The notes below the pieces were generated by a model. The model worked only from the letters and a program-made list of their open reading frames with translations. It made no database searches and had not been told where the DNA came from. This document shows, piece after piece, positions 10,514 to 23,200 of a DNA stretch of 64,000 nucleotides. Both the position numbers and the translations under genes were made by a program. How positions within the stretch are numbered: position 1 is the first letter of the stretch; the number at the start of each line of letters is the position of its first letter. Source of the stretch: Nitrospirota bacterium (GTDB lineage Bacteria > Nitrospirota > Thermodesulfovibrionia > Thermodesulfovibrionales > Dissulfurispiraceae); contig CAVPZX010000002.1 in the NCBI GenBank assembly GCA_963710375.1, positions 64,001 to 128,000 on the forward strand, read 5' to 3'.

Positions 10514-10996
10514 ATGAGCATGACAGAAATAGCAGAAGCTACACAGTATCTGACTTTCAAGCTCGACGAAGAGATATTTGCGCTTGATGTTGCAAAAGTA
10601 AGGGAGATACTAGATTTTACCGATATAACAAAGGTGCCGCAGACACCTGACTTTATGAGGGGAGTAATAAACCTCAGGGGTAGTGTTGTTCCCGTTGTTG
10701 ATATGCGTTTGAAATTCGGGATGTCAAAGACCGAGAAGACTGTCAATACCTGCATCGTCGTGGCCGAAGTGACCACTGAAGGGGAAACAACGGTGCTGGG
10801 AGCGCTTGCGGATTCGGTCCAGGAGGTGATAGAGCTTGAGCCTGCCCAGATAGAGCCGGCCCCCAGGATAGGGACAAAACTGAGGACCGATTTTATTAGG
10901 GGCATGGGCAAGCATGATGGGAGATTCATCATGATACTCGATATAGACAAGGTTTTTTCCTACGATGAAATAACATTGGTCCAGGAAGTTGGATGA
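10514..10996 (+). CDS. cheW: Chemotaxis coupling protein CheW
   Basis: QYLTFKL, ITKVPQTPDFMRGVINLRGSVVPVVD. Confidence 0.96.
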   Translation: MSMTEIAEATQYLTFKLDEEIFALDVAKVREILDFTDITKVPQTPDFMRGVINLRGSVVPVVDMRLKFGMSKTEKTVNTCIVVAEVTTEGETTVLGALADSVQEVIELEPAQIEPAPRIGTKLRTDFIRGMGKHDGRFIMILDIDKVFSYDEITLVQEVG

Positions 10997-11007
10997 GGTG
11001 GAGGCAT

Positions 11008-11038
11008 CCCCGCAAGATCTCCGGATTTTGCGGGGTTT
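11008..11038 (+). terminator. Intra-operon stem-loop (attenuator or mRNA-stabilising hairpin)
   Basis: CCCCGCAAGATC-tccg-GATTTTGCGGGG-TTT between cheW and cheR. Confidence 0.5.
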
Positions 11039-11052
11039 AACTTGGTACGGTT

Positions 11053-11919
11053 ATGGACACGGAAGTAGACAGCAGTATAAAAGTTGCGACTATGAGCGAC
11101 AAGGATTTCAGCCGCCTGGGTGAATTCATACATGACTCTTGCGGTATAAAGATAACCCCTGCCAAAAAGGTGATGCTCGAATCCCGCCTCGCAAAGAGGC
11201 TGAAGCATCTCGGCATGAGTTCTTTCAGGGATTACTTTGATTATCTCTTCAGTCCTAAGGGCTTGCAGAACGAACTGGTACATATGATCGATGTGGTAAC
11301 AACAAACAAGACCGATTTTTTCAGGGAGCCGGCGCATTTCAGTTATTTGGCCGGCAACGCGGCGCCGGAACTTATGAGTCTTTATGGAGCAGGAACCAGG
11401 CGTACTCTCAATATCTGGAGCGCAGGATGTTCTACAGGGGAAGAACCTTATACCATAGCAATGGTGCTTAACGAACTGAATGAAAAATATCATGGGTTCA
11501 GGTATGAGGTCCTGGCCACCGATATTTCAACAAAGGTGCTTGATATTGCAAAACTCGGTATTTACAGCGAAGACAAAGTGGGGCCCGTTCCGGACTCTCT
11601 GAAAAGAAGGAATGTCATGAGAGGTAAAGGCTCTCGCCAGGGAATGATAAGGATAGCGCCTGAATTGAGGGAAAGGGTGAAATTCCGGAGACTAAATTTC
11701 ATGGAGGGAGATTTTGGGATGCGCGAACTTGTTGACATCATCTTTTGCAGAAACGTGATCATTTACTTTGACAGGATGACGCAGGAGAAATTGCTGAAAC
11801 GATTTTGCAATCATCTGGTACCTGGCGGATATGTCTTTATGGGGCACTCCGAGACACTCCAGGGGATGGATTTGCCTCTTGTTCCGGTTGCCCCTACAGT
11901 TTACAGAAAAAAGACATGA
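11053..11919 (+). CDS. cheR: Chemotaxis methyltransferase CheR
   Basis: TTNKTDFFRE, IWSAGCSTGEEPY, IFCRNVIIYFD, GHSETL. Confidence 0.97.
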   Translation: MDTEVDSSIKVATMSDKDFSRLGEFIHDSCGIKITPAKKVMLESRLAKRLKHLGMSSFRDYFDYLFSPKGLQNELVHMIDVVTTNKTDFFREPAHFSYLAGNAAPELMSLYGAGTRRTLNIWSAGCSTGEEPYTIAMVLNELNEKYHGFRYEVLATDISTKVLDIAKLGIYSEDKVGPVPDSLKRRNVMRGKGSRQGMIRIAPELRERVKFRRLNFMEGDFGMRELVDIIFCRNVIIYFDRMTQEKLLKRFCNHLVPGGYVFMGHSETLQGMDLPLVPVAPTVYRKKT

Positions 11920-12433
11920 ATACTTCGAGGAGCGCATTGTCGGATATATATTTGAAACCCGGAGAAATGTTTATCTCGGACAAACCTGTCTCGGTATCGA
12001 CAGTGCTCGGCTCGTGCATATCAGTAACATTTTTCAGCCCGCGTCTCAAGGTGGGGGCCATATGCCACAGTTTGCTTCCCATGTGCAAAAAAGAAAACCC
12101 CTGTGATGGAACTTGCGATGAGGGATTCAGGTATGTTGCATGCTCGATCAATCGCATGCGTAAGACCTTTAGTTCGTTGGGGATACTGGATTCGGAAATT
12201 GAGGTAAAGGTTTTCGGCGGCGCCGACATGATAGAATCCGGCTTTAAAAAGTGCAACACTGAAACTGTAGGGATGATGAACACAAAAATAGCCCTCAGCA
12301 CAATAAACAACCACAACTTAAAACTTAAGGCTTCTGATACCGGGGGAACGCGCGGCCGTAAGATAATATTCTTCAGTCATACCGGAGAGGTTTTTTTAAA
12401 AAAAATCAGAAAAAATGAGGTGGAGCCACCGAT

Positions 12434-12437
<4 letters not shown>
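11916..12437 (+). CDS. cheD: Chemoreceptor glutamine deamidase CheD
   Basis: [42 protein letters not shown] overlap with the cheR stop. Confidence 0.93.
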
Positions 12438-13499
<1,062 letters not shown>

Positions 13500-13504
13500 G
13501 GTGC

Positions 13505-13636
13505 TTAATTAAAAATATTCATTTTTCCCATCGACATTGTAATTAATCCATCTCCATGCTGTCTAACATTACTCGGAAATCCCAATAAATCAAAAAGATA
13601 ATACATTGTCTCGCCTGGCATAGCCCTTGCAAAGCT
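13505..13636 (+). repeat. Copy 2 of the ~133-bp diverged non-coding direct repeat
   Basis: Aligns with 1317-1449 and begins 6 nt after the cheB stop. Confidence 0.9.
13616..13631 (+). promoter_or_regulatory. sigma54 (-24/-12) promoter
   Basis: TGGCATAGCCCTTGCA, canonical GG-N10-GC, upstream of the hybrid kinase. Confidence 0.78.
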
Positions 13637-13715
13637 AACGGAGTAATTAACAGGGGGAAACAGCATATATGCTAACGCTTTCCTGAACTTGACACTTATC
13701 CTTTTTGGGGAAAAG

Positions 13716-16267
13716 ATGATTTTTGTATCAGCTCTATCTGTTTTGCTTCAATTTATAGCTGCATACCTGTCTATAAGGATGATCCGCATTACCGGTAAAC
13801 GCAGGGCATGGATACTTATTGCTGCGGCAATTACTATTGCAGCTCTCAGGCGGAGCTATGCCTTGTTCAGGTTAATAACTGCAAATACAGGTAATCCGCC
13901 AGATACTACAGGAGAATTGTTCTCTTTTTTGACTTCAGTGTGCATGGTAATCGGCGTGGCATATATTGCGCCGCTTTTTTTGTCAATAAAACGCTCCGAA
14001 GAAAGCCTGCGCAAATCCGAGACCAAATTTCGTATTGTTTCTGATAATACGTATGACTGGGAATACTGGCTTAGTCCGGAAGGGAGTTTTTATTACATAT
14101 CTCCGTCCTGCCAACGCATTTCAGGTTATGAAGCTGCCGAGTTCATAGCGGAACCCGACATGCTCGTACGCATTGTCCACCCGGATGACCGGGAAAGTTA
14201 TGAGAATCACCAGAGACATGTCGAGGAGAAAAAGGCGCCGGATGAGATAGAGTTCCGTATCGTCCGCGCGGATGGCACTGTACGCTGGATAGGCCACGTC
14301 TGCCAGCCTGTTTTTGATAGTCAAGGCAACTGCATGGGTATTCGAGCCAGCAACCGCGACATCACCGAGCGCAAGGATGCAGAAGAAAAAATGTTAAAAG
14401 AAAAGAATTTCTCTGATACAGTGATAAACTCTTTGCCCGGTACGTTTTATCTTTTCGATGAAAAAGGCAAGTTTCTTAAGTGGAACAAGAATCTTGAGGT
14501 GGTTACAGAATATCCTGCGGAAGAAATAAACCGGATGACACCGGCAGATTTTTTTGATGAAAATGACAGGCCCCTTATTAAAGACAAGATAAAGGAAGTT
14601 TTTGTCAACGGCTGGGCCGAAATGGAAGCTAAGTTCGTTTCTCAAAGTGGTAAGAAGATTCCCTATTATTTTACCGGCACATGCCTGAAAGTTGGAGAGC
14701 AGTCATGTGTTGCCGGAACCGGATTTGATATTACAGGGCGTATTGAAGCAGAAGATAAAACTAAACAAACTCACGCTGAACTGGACCAGATATTCAACAG
14801 CGCCGCAGACGGCATGCGGGTGCTGGATTTGGATTGTAACCCTCTAAAATTAAACAGGACCTTTCTGAATATGCTCAACATAGATAAAGAAGAGGCCATG
14901 GGCAGAAAGTGCTATGAGATGTTTCCGTGTCCGCGAAGAAAAAAGGCGAACTGTTCCATTTTGCGGGTTCTGAAAGGCGAAAAACTTTTTGAGGAAGAGA
15001 TCATTATAAATAGGAGTGACGGAACAAAAATATTCTGTATTTTGCACGTTACGCCTTTTTACGGCCCTGATGGGTCTTTGGCAGGCATTATTGAAGACTT
15101 CAAGGATATCACAGAGAGAAAGAAGCTCGAACTCCAACTGATTCAGTCGCAGAAATTGGAGGCTCTGGGAAGGCTTGCCGGCGGTATAGCTCATGACTTC
15201 AACAATCTGTTGACTCCCATTATCGGCTATAGCGATCTTTTATTGACCGAACTTCCTGATAACATTTTTGCTACGGACAAGCTCAGGGTCGTTAGAGATG
15301 CTGGTAGCCAGGCGGCTGATTTGGTGAAACACCTTTTGGCCTTCGGCCGAAAGCAGGTGCTCGAAATGAAGCCGGTCAACCTGAATGAAATTGTTTTAAA
15401 TATGAGCAGGTTATTTGAGAGAACTATAGGCAAGGACATAGAATTGGAACTGAATATTAAGAAACCTGTCGAGAATGTATCTGCTGATGCAGGGCAAATA
15501 GGGCAGGTATTAATGAATCTCGCTTTAAACGCCCGCGGCGCCATGCCGTATGGCGGGCGGCTGACAATCGAGACTTCTGATGTATATCTTGATAAGACAT
15601 ATGAGGCGATGCATAGCCAGTCTGGTAAAGCCAGGAGAATATGTGATGCTGTCGGTAGCTGACAGTGGCATAGGAATGAGCCGCGAAGTTCAGGAGAAGA
15701 TCTTTGAGCCTTTCTTTACAACCAAGAAAGCAGGAGAAGGCACAGGGCTTGGTTTATCAACCACCTATGGCATTATAAGACAGCACAACGGATATATATG
15801 GGTATATAGCGAGCCTGATAGGGGAACAATATTCAAGGTCTACCTGCCTGCAATAAAGGAAAAGGCGGGAGAGACAAAAAACCATGAGCAACCAACAATA
15901 GTTGGTGGAACAGAAACAATACTTGTGGTCGATGATGAACCCACGGTCAGAGAGTTTGTCGTCGATGTACTTCGGCATTTGGGGTATAAGGTACTGGAGG
16001 CGTCATGCGCAAAAGACGCATTAAAAATATGCGGGCATAATCAGGGTAAGATAGACATTTTATTAACAGACCTTGTTATGCCTGGGATGAATGGGCAGGA
16101 GTTTGCAGCTATATTTAAAGAGAAAAGTCCTGAGTCAAAGGTTATTTTGATGTCCGGCTATTCGGAGACAGTCATTTCCAATTCCGACATACCTGCTTCA
16201 TTTATACAAAAACCTATTGTAGTGGAGAAACTGACGGGCAAAATAAGGGAAGCATTAGTCGGATAAC
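13716..16267 (+). CDS. Membrane-bound hybrid sensor kinase (TM-3xPAS-HisKA-HATPase-REC; apparent +1 frameshift near 15614)
   Basis: Hydrophobic N-terminus, three PAS/PAC domains, AGGIAHDFNNLL, NLALNA. The next frame continues PGEYVMLSVADSGIGM...FFTTK...GTGLGL and a REC domain. Start taken as ATG 13716; TTG 13689 is an alternative. Confidence 0.88.
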
Positions 16268-16300
16268 AAAAAAGCTGATTAAGCTTCGAAGGAAAATAAA

Positions 16301-16492
16301 ATGAATGTTCTGATCGAGGGTGAGCAGCTGAGAAAGGCTGTTAAATGGATATCGGATGAGCGTCTCGATAATCCTGAAGCCGGCCTGTTCAAGCTGCTTA
16401 AAGACGCCTGTTTGAAGTTTGACTTACATCCGTAAGACGCGGAGTTTCTGATATATTCCCTTACTAAAGCAAGTTTGGAAAAATCAGAGTAG
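16301..16492 (+). pseudogene. Small conserved hypothetical protein with an in-frame TAA
   Basis: MNVLIEGEQLRKAVKWISDERLDNPEAGLFKLLKDACLKFDLHP*DAEFLIYSL, stop at 16433-16435. It resembles a ~60-aa family I recall from deltaproteobacteria (GExLRKAVKWIS...KFDLSPxDAEFL). Confidence 0.6.
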
Positions 16493-16646
16493 TTTCGGGC
16501 AGGCCGCATTTAAAAACGATTCCTATTTGAGTATTCAACATTTCTTCCTCTAAGCGGCTGTTGAAATGATTAGTGAGAATGTGTAGGATACAAAGTACTA
16601 TGATCGAATACTCCCTGAAAGCTAAAACAAAAAAAACAGTGATGAA

Positions 16647-16871
16647 TTGCGCCCCGAATACAATTTTGATTATTCAAAAGCTGTTCGTGGCAAGTATTAC
16701 AAACGTCTTTTAGAGGAAGGTTCTAATGTTGTCATGCTTGAGCCTGATGTGGCCAAGGCATTTGCCGATTCTGCAGCAGTAAATGCTGCATTGAGATCTT
16801 TACTGGATTTGACAAAAACTACACAGCGCCTTACAAAACAAGCCAGCGGACGGGCAATTGCCCGCCGTTAA
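16647..16871 (+). CDS. Orphan antitoxin-like protein (BrnA/CopG-like), 5' end degraded
   Basis: (DE)LRPEYNFDYSKAVRGKYY...LEPDVAKAFADSAAVNAALRSLL. No toxin ORF upstream, and an in-frame TAA lies at 16623. Confidence 0.7.
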   Translation: MRPEYNFDYSKAVRGKYYKRLLEEGSNVVMLEPDVAKAFADSAAVNAALRSLLDLTKTTQRLTKQASGRAIARR

Positions 16872-16886
16872 GTTTGATCGTTGAGT
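16828..16886 (+). mobile_element. Degenerate integron attC-like site (59 bp)
   Basis: R''-like GCCTTAC, inner palindrome AGCGG-A-CGGGCAATTGCCCG-CCGTT, R' GTTGAGT (fits GTTRRRY). Overlaps the gene 3' end. Confidence 0.55.
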
Positions 16887-17229
16887 CTTCGTTAAGGCTG
16901 CATAAAAAGTCCCTATAGGTTAAAGCATAATCGAGCGTAGTCCCGTGTGGTCGAGCGCGGTGGTTGGCAAGCGAATAAGAATGAAAAAAATCCTTGCACT
17001 AGATTCCCTGCTGTCTTGCCGCAGGGAAGATCAATTGAAATTACTTAAGCAATTATTAAAACTATTTTAATCATGATGTGAAATTATTCCTCATGGCCGA
17101 TTATAGCTATCGGTAATCCTTGTATTCAGCATATGTGTAATCGCACTGTCGAACTGATGGTGACGGGCAGTTTCGGTCTGTCTATTGTTCAAAGGTCAAG
17201 TAGACCCAACTACTTCACAACTGTGCTTA

Positions 17230-20200
17230 TCAGACTTCTAAGACCCTTGAGCCTTTGATTTTAGCCTTCAGTAACTCAAGCTGGTTTTCAAGTTCAGGCA
17301 TAAGTGCAATAATTGCCTCCATTTGCCCTTTTTCTCCGGCCTTCTGCATATCCGCTGCTATTGCGCTCATTGCCATAAATCCCGTGTTGGCAGCTGCCCC
17401 CTTTATCTTGTGGGCTTGTCGCCCGGCAAGGTACGCATCGCCGCGCACGATCTGATCCCTGAGTTCATCAAGCATCCGGGGGATTTCCTCCATAAATGCC
17501 GCAATAATTCTTCTGGCCAGATCCATGTCATCCATTATGCGCTCCATAAGCCCCGGAAAGTCAAAGACCGGCAATGCTTCTATTGCTGCTGTTTTACAAT
17601 GGGTCATACCAGTTGTCGCCGGCAACTTGACCTGCGCCTGTGGCAGCCATTTTTCAAGCGCCTTAGCCAATTCCTGCAGCGAGATCGGCTTAGAGATATA
17701 ATCGTCCATGCCCCATTGCAGGCATTTCTCCCTGTCACCCTTCATGGCATGGGCAGTCATTGCAATAATTGGGACTTTGGGATTGGCTGCCTTTGTCTTG
17801 CCCCCTCGGATAGCCATGGTCGCCTGATAGCCATCCATAACCGGCATCTGCACATCCATAAAGACTATGTCGTAAGAAGCAGCTTCCAGCATATTGATCG
17901 CCTCCTGGCCATTGTCAGCGGTGTCAGCGCTGAACCCTAATTTGCCGAGAATGCCCAGGGCAACAATTTTATTGACTTTATTATCCTCGACCAGAAGAAT
18001 GCGCACATTCCGCCTGAATGCCTCGCGAAGCCGGTGGCTGGTAATAATATCGGCTTCCCGGGCTTTTTCATGCAAACTGCTCCCACCAAGGACTGCGGCT
18101 ATGCAGTCGTGCAATTGTAACATCCTTACAGGCTTGGTAATATATGCATCAAATCCAAGGCTTGCAAACCGCTTTGCATCTCCCCTCACTCCACTCGATG
18201 TCAACATGACCAGCAAAGTATCCTTCAGGGCAGGGTCGGCCTTGATGACCCTGGCAAGGGCTTCGCCGTCCATGCCGGGCATTTGCATATCAGTAATCAC
18301 AATCCGAAAAGGATCCCCTCCAGCATGAGCGGCATGAAGCATCTCCATTGCCTTTAAAGCGCCTCCGGCCTCGGCATGTCGCACTCCCCACGACTTCATC
18401 TGCTCAGCAATTACAATGCGGTTGACCGCATTGTCGTCAACAGCCAGTATCCTCACCCCGGTGATATCGGCCAATGGGGGCACTTTACTCTTGTCCGGTT
18501 GTTTCCCCTTATCGAACACTGCTGTGAACCAGAAGTTCGAACCCTTCCCTTCTTTGCTTTCAACTCCTATCCTGCCGTTCATTAGTTCAACCAGACGCCT
18601 CGATATGGCCAACCCAAGGCCGCTGCCCCCAAACTTCCTTGATGTCGAGGCATCAACCTGCTGAAAACTGTCAAACAATAAAGGTATTTTGTCTTCTGCT
18701 ATCCCAATGCCCGTATCCCTAATATTGAAGCGCACAGCAACCTGACCGTCTGTTTCATATTCCGTCACCGCTTCGATAACCACCTCGCCCGCTGAGGTGA
18801 ACTTGATGGCATTCCCTATCAGGTTGACTAATATCTGGCGAAGTTGACCGGGGTCGCCTATAAGGAATGTGTGGACGCCAGGATCTATCCGGCATACCAA
18901 CTCAAGACCCTTTTCATGGGCCCGCAGGGCCAGAGATTCCGCAGTTTCCTCAAGCGTGTTTCTTAGATCAAACTCTATTGTCTCTATCTCCAGTTTGCCT
19001 GCCTCTATTTTGGAGAAGTCAAGAATATCGTTGATCAGGCCCAGCAACAGCAGGCCGCTTGAGCGCAACATCTCGCCATAGTTCCTCTGCTCCTCAGAAA
19101 GCTCAGTGTCAAGAAGCAAGCCGGTCATCCCAATGATACCGTTCATCGGGGTGCGGATTTCATGGCTCATGTTAGCCAGGAACTCGCTCTTGGACTTTGT
19201 CGCCGCTTCGGCTGCTTCTTTGGCAATCTTTAGTTCCTCTATCCGCTTTTTCTCCGTGATGTCTTCCAAAATCCCCTCAAAATAAAGGATATGGCCGCTA
19301 TTGTCCCTGACTACATGGCAATTTATAGAGACATCGATGATACTCCTGTCTTTCTTGTAGGCCCTGAATTCAAAATCCTTCACATAACCTTGCGCTTGCA
19401 TCAATGCCCGAAAGTCGTCTCTCCTTCCGGAATCCACGTAGACGTCGTTGGCAAGGTTTTTAATGACTGCTCTACCGTCTTCAGGCGAATCGTATCCCAA
19501 TATCCGCACCGCAGCCGGATTGGTCGTGAGGACGCGGCCGTCCGGCGTCGTCTGGAATATACCCTCCGCAGAGTTGTCAAATATGCTCCGATATTTCTCC
19601 TCTGCCTGCCTCAATTCTTCCTCGGCCTGTTTGCGCTCTGCATAGAGCAGGGCATTCTGGATAGAGATGGCTGCCTGCGATGAGAGTATCCGGAGCACTT
19701 CCATGCGGTCCTGGGTGAATGCGTCAGTGGCCTGGTTATTTTCCAGGTATAGAACGCCGACGATGTCGCCATGCTGCATGACAGGCATGCAGAGGATCGA
19801 AAGGGGCTTCTTCCTGACGATATAGGGGTCACGGCTGAATATGCCCTCAACTGCGGCATTGCTCAAAACAACAGCTTCCTGGGTTCGCACTACGTATCGG
19901 ACAATGGCCTGGGATAGCAAATCGCAGCCGTTGACCTGGAGATTTCCCAGCAGGGTTGCGCTCTCCATTCCCGCCGTGATATGCACCCTGACCATGAGTT
20001 CGCTGTCCTTCTTCATGATCAGGCATCCTTCCTGGGCGCCGGCGCTCTCTATCAGGATGCGCATCACCTTTTTCAGGAGCGTCTCCAGATCGACCTCGCC
20101 CGAGATAGCCTGGGAGGTCTTGATCACACTCCCCAAATCCAGGGCGCCGTCACCCCATTCGTCCGACGAGGGTATAGAAACGCCCACCGTCTGTTTTTCC

Positions 20201-23200
20201 CGCTTTTCCCCCGTAGCTTTTTTTACGGCTTCGGCCAGAAACTGAGGATAAGTCCGTTCCAGATGCCTCACCTTGGCTTTGGCCCCCCAGTTGGCATAGC
20301 AGTAGTGCGCCTCCCTCATATGGAGCCCGGCAATCTCATCATCGCCCCGCCCCATCCAGAACCGGGCGGCCAACTCGTTGGCCAGGGCCTCTTCCTGGAG
20401 GAATTCATTCTCCCCGGCCAAACGGATCGCCTCCCTGAATAATTTCATGGTGGCGTCGAGCTCGCGTCCTTCAACTCTTGCCAGCTCCGCCTCGACCAGC
20501 AACCACTTGTGACGGTTGTTCATCGGAGCATGCTGCGCCCACTTTTTCAACCTCTTCCGGTTTTTAGCCACCACCTTCAAAGACTGCCTCCTCTCCTTCT
20601 TTGTGAACGTAGGAATCATTGCCAGTCTGATAAGGGAGTCATAAAAGAAAAAGACGGTATTCGCGAATGATGCCCTGATGCTGTCAAGATATGCCCGGGC
20701 CTTCCGGAGATTCTCGTATGACCCGGCATATTCCCCGAACAGGAATCCCAGCATGGCTTTGCCTAAAAATACAGCAAAAATGGAGGATCTGTCCCCGGCC
20801 TCGATGTGTAGGGGGAGCATCTCGTCCTCGTTGTAATATTCGCCGGCGAGCCGTGTCGGGTCTTCCCGGTGCTCCACGAGATTCCGCGCCATTTGCTCGA
20901 CTACGCGGATTACGCTCAACGGTGAGAGCTGTTTCAGGTAACCGACGGCCTCGCCGAATCTCGCCATTTCGGCCTCAAGCTTTGCCAGTGGCACTCCGGC
21001 ATAAAAGGAGTGATAACAATAGATCATCGCAGAATAACCGGCATATTCAAGGTCTCCGGTTCCCAGCCCCACTTGATACCCCTCCAGGAGGGGGGCAAGG
21101 GTTGTCCGGACGTGGTCCTTCCAGTGCCCGATGAAGCCATTGAAAATGATCATCGTGCGGGTCTTGCACTCTCTTGCGTTCGGATTTTCCATGAGATGTA
21201 GCCCCAGCAGGCCGAAGCGGTAGCCGTTTTCGATATCATCCATAACTCCGCAGAGTATGAACCCGTAACCGGCGTAAATGGCTGAGGCCAGTGAGGAGTT
21301 ACCGTGACGGAAGGTCAACCGGACACTTTTAAGTATCAGCAGCGGACCCAGGGCGGGCATAGCCCAGTAGGTGCCGGATCTCATGAAGGTCATGATCCTT
21401 GATATGGCGAGGCATCTCGGATCCGACATCTCGGGAAGCGTGAGAAGGTCCTCGATCCTCTTTCCGGCCAGAACACGTTTGGTATACAGGATTGCGAGTA
21501 GGATATGCAGCTTGCCTGGTCTGGCAGGAAACCTCACCCCCAGAAGGCCCAGGATGTGCAGGCCGGCCTGTATGGCCTGCAGGGGCCGGTGCTGTGCCAT
21601 CTCCGCAGGCATCTTAGATTCGTAGATACTTATCTTGTCGAGAACTGTCCGCGCATGTGCAATCACGACCTCTGCCAGACGTTCCATCTCCGTAAAATCA
21701 GTCGTCAGATATGCCGCTTCAGCCGCCTCGCAAAAAAGCGCCAGAGTAAGCGAATACTGGATCTCCCAGCAGTCTTTCTCCAGGTAGGAGATACCCGTGC
21801 TGAGATAACGATAGGCCGGCTCATATGCCGCCGAAACCTTCGCCCTCCTTCCGGCCATGAGGTTCATCTCAGCAAGCCGCTGCCGTTCTTCAGTATCTTT
21901 GATGATTCCACGGCTCAGATTCAAATGATGGACGATCTCAAAGACGCGACCTTCAATGGCTTCCGGTGGCGTGTGGGCCAGCATGGATCTGCCCGCCTTG
22001 AGGTGAAGAACCTCCTTCCGCAAATCGTCGATAAGGGAATAAGATGCCTGCTGAACCCGATCATGCAGAAACCTGTAATATGGGGCTATGCTCTGAACTT
22101 CTGCAGCTCCATCACCAGGCTCCCCGTCCTGTATAAATTTGTAAGCCTCGTCCACAGGGACCACGAGTCCCTCTTCAAGAGCGGGCAATAACCTACGGGC
22201 TGTTTCCGAATAAAGTTCCCCGGAGATAATTGATAACGTGCGCAAATCAAATTGATTGCCAATACAGGACGCGTATTCCAAGATATGTTGCGTTGCAGGA
22301 GGGAGCTTCCGTATCTTTCCGACCATGAAATCGACGACATTTTCGGTAATATCCTGCTCCCGTAGTTTCCCCATTTCCCAGCGCCAGCGCCTGTGTTCTC
22401 CGTCGAATTCAATCAGGCCCTCTCTATAGAGGGTTTGCAGGAACTGATTCAGGAAGAACGGATTGCCATGGGTCTTCTGATAACAGAGCCCGGTCAGTTC
22501 CATAGCTTCATCATCTGTACAGTGCAGCGACTCGGTTATTAGCTGACTGATGTGATTGATGGAAAGAGGAGACAGGATGATCCTGTTCACCAGGGTCCTG
22601 GTCTTCCGTATACTTTCGAGCGTAATCATGAGCGGATGCCCCTCTTCCACCTCGTTGTCACGGTAGGCGCCGATAAGCAGCAGGAAACCGGCCGAAGGAT
22701 CGTTCATGATGAATTCGATCAGTTGCAGCGACGCCTGATCAGCCCACTGCAAGTCATCAAGGAAGAGCACCAGGGGATGGGACGGAGTTGCAAAGGCCCG
22801 GACAAAATTCTGAAAGACATAACGAAACCGGTTCTGCGTCTCCGCAGGGGCAAGGACAGGAATGTCCGCCTGGGCGCCGATAATAAGTTCCACCTCGGGG
22901 ATAACATCCGTCACTACTTTTCCATTGGGCCCCAATGCCAGCAGGATATTTTCCTTCCATTGAGCCAGGGAAGCATCACCCTCCGACAGAAGCTGATGGA
23001 TCAGTTTCCGAAATGCCTCGGTCAGTGAGGCATAAGGGATATTGCGGTTCAACTGATCCAACTTGCCTTCGATAAAATAGCCCTGCTTCTCCACAATAGA
23101 CCGCTGAATTTCATGGACTACTGCCGTCTTGCCGATTCCGGCGTATCCGGTCACCAGCAAGATTTCCGCCCTGCCGGACGATGCTCGTTCAAAAGCCTCA

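Noticed and set aside
16930..16975. Stretch faintly resembling a tRNA 5' half
   Set aside because: No T-loop (GTTCRA), no acceptor stem pairing and no cloverleaf.
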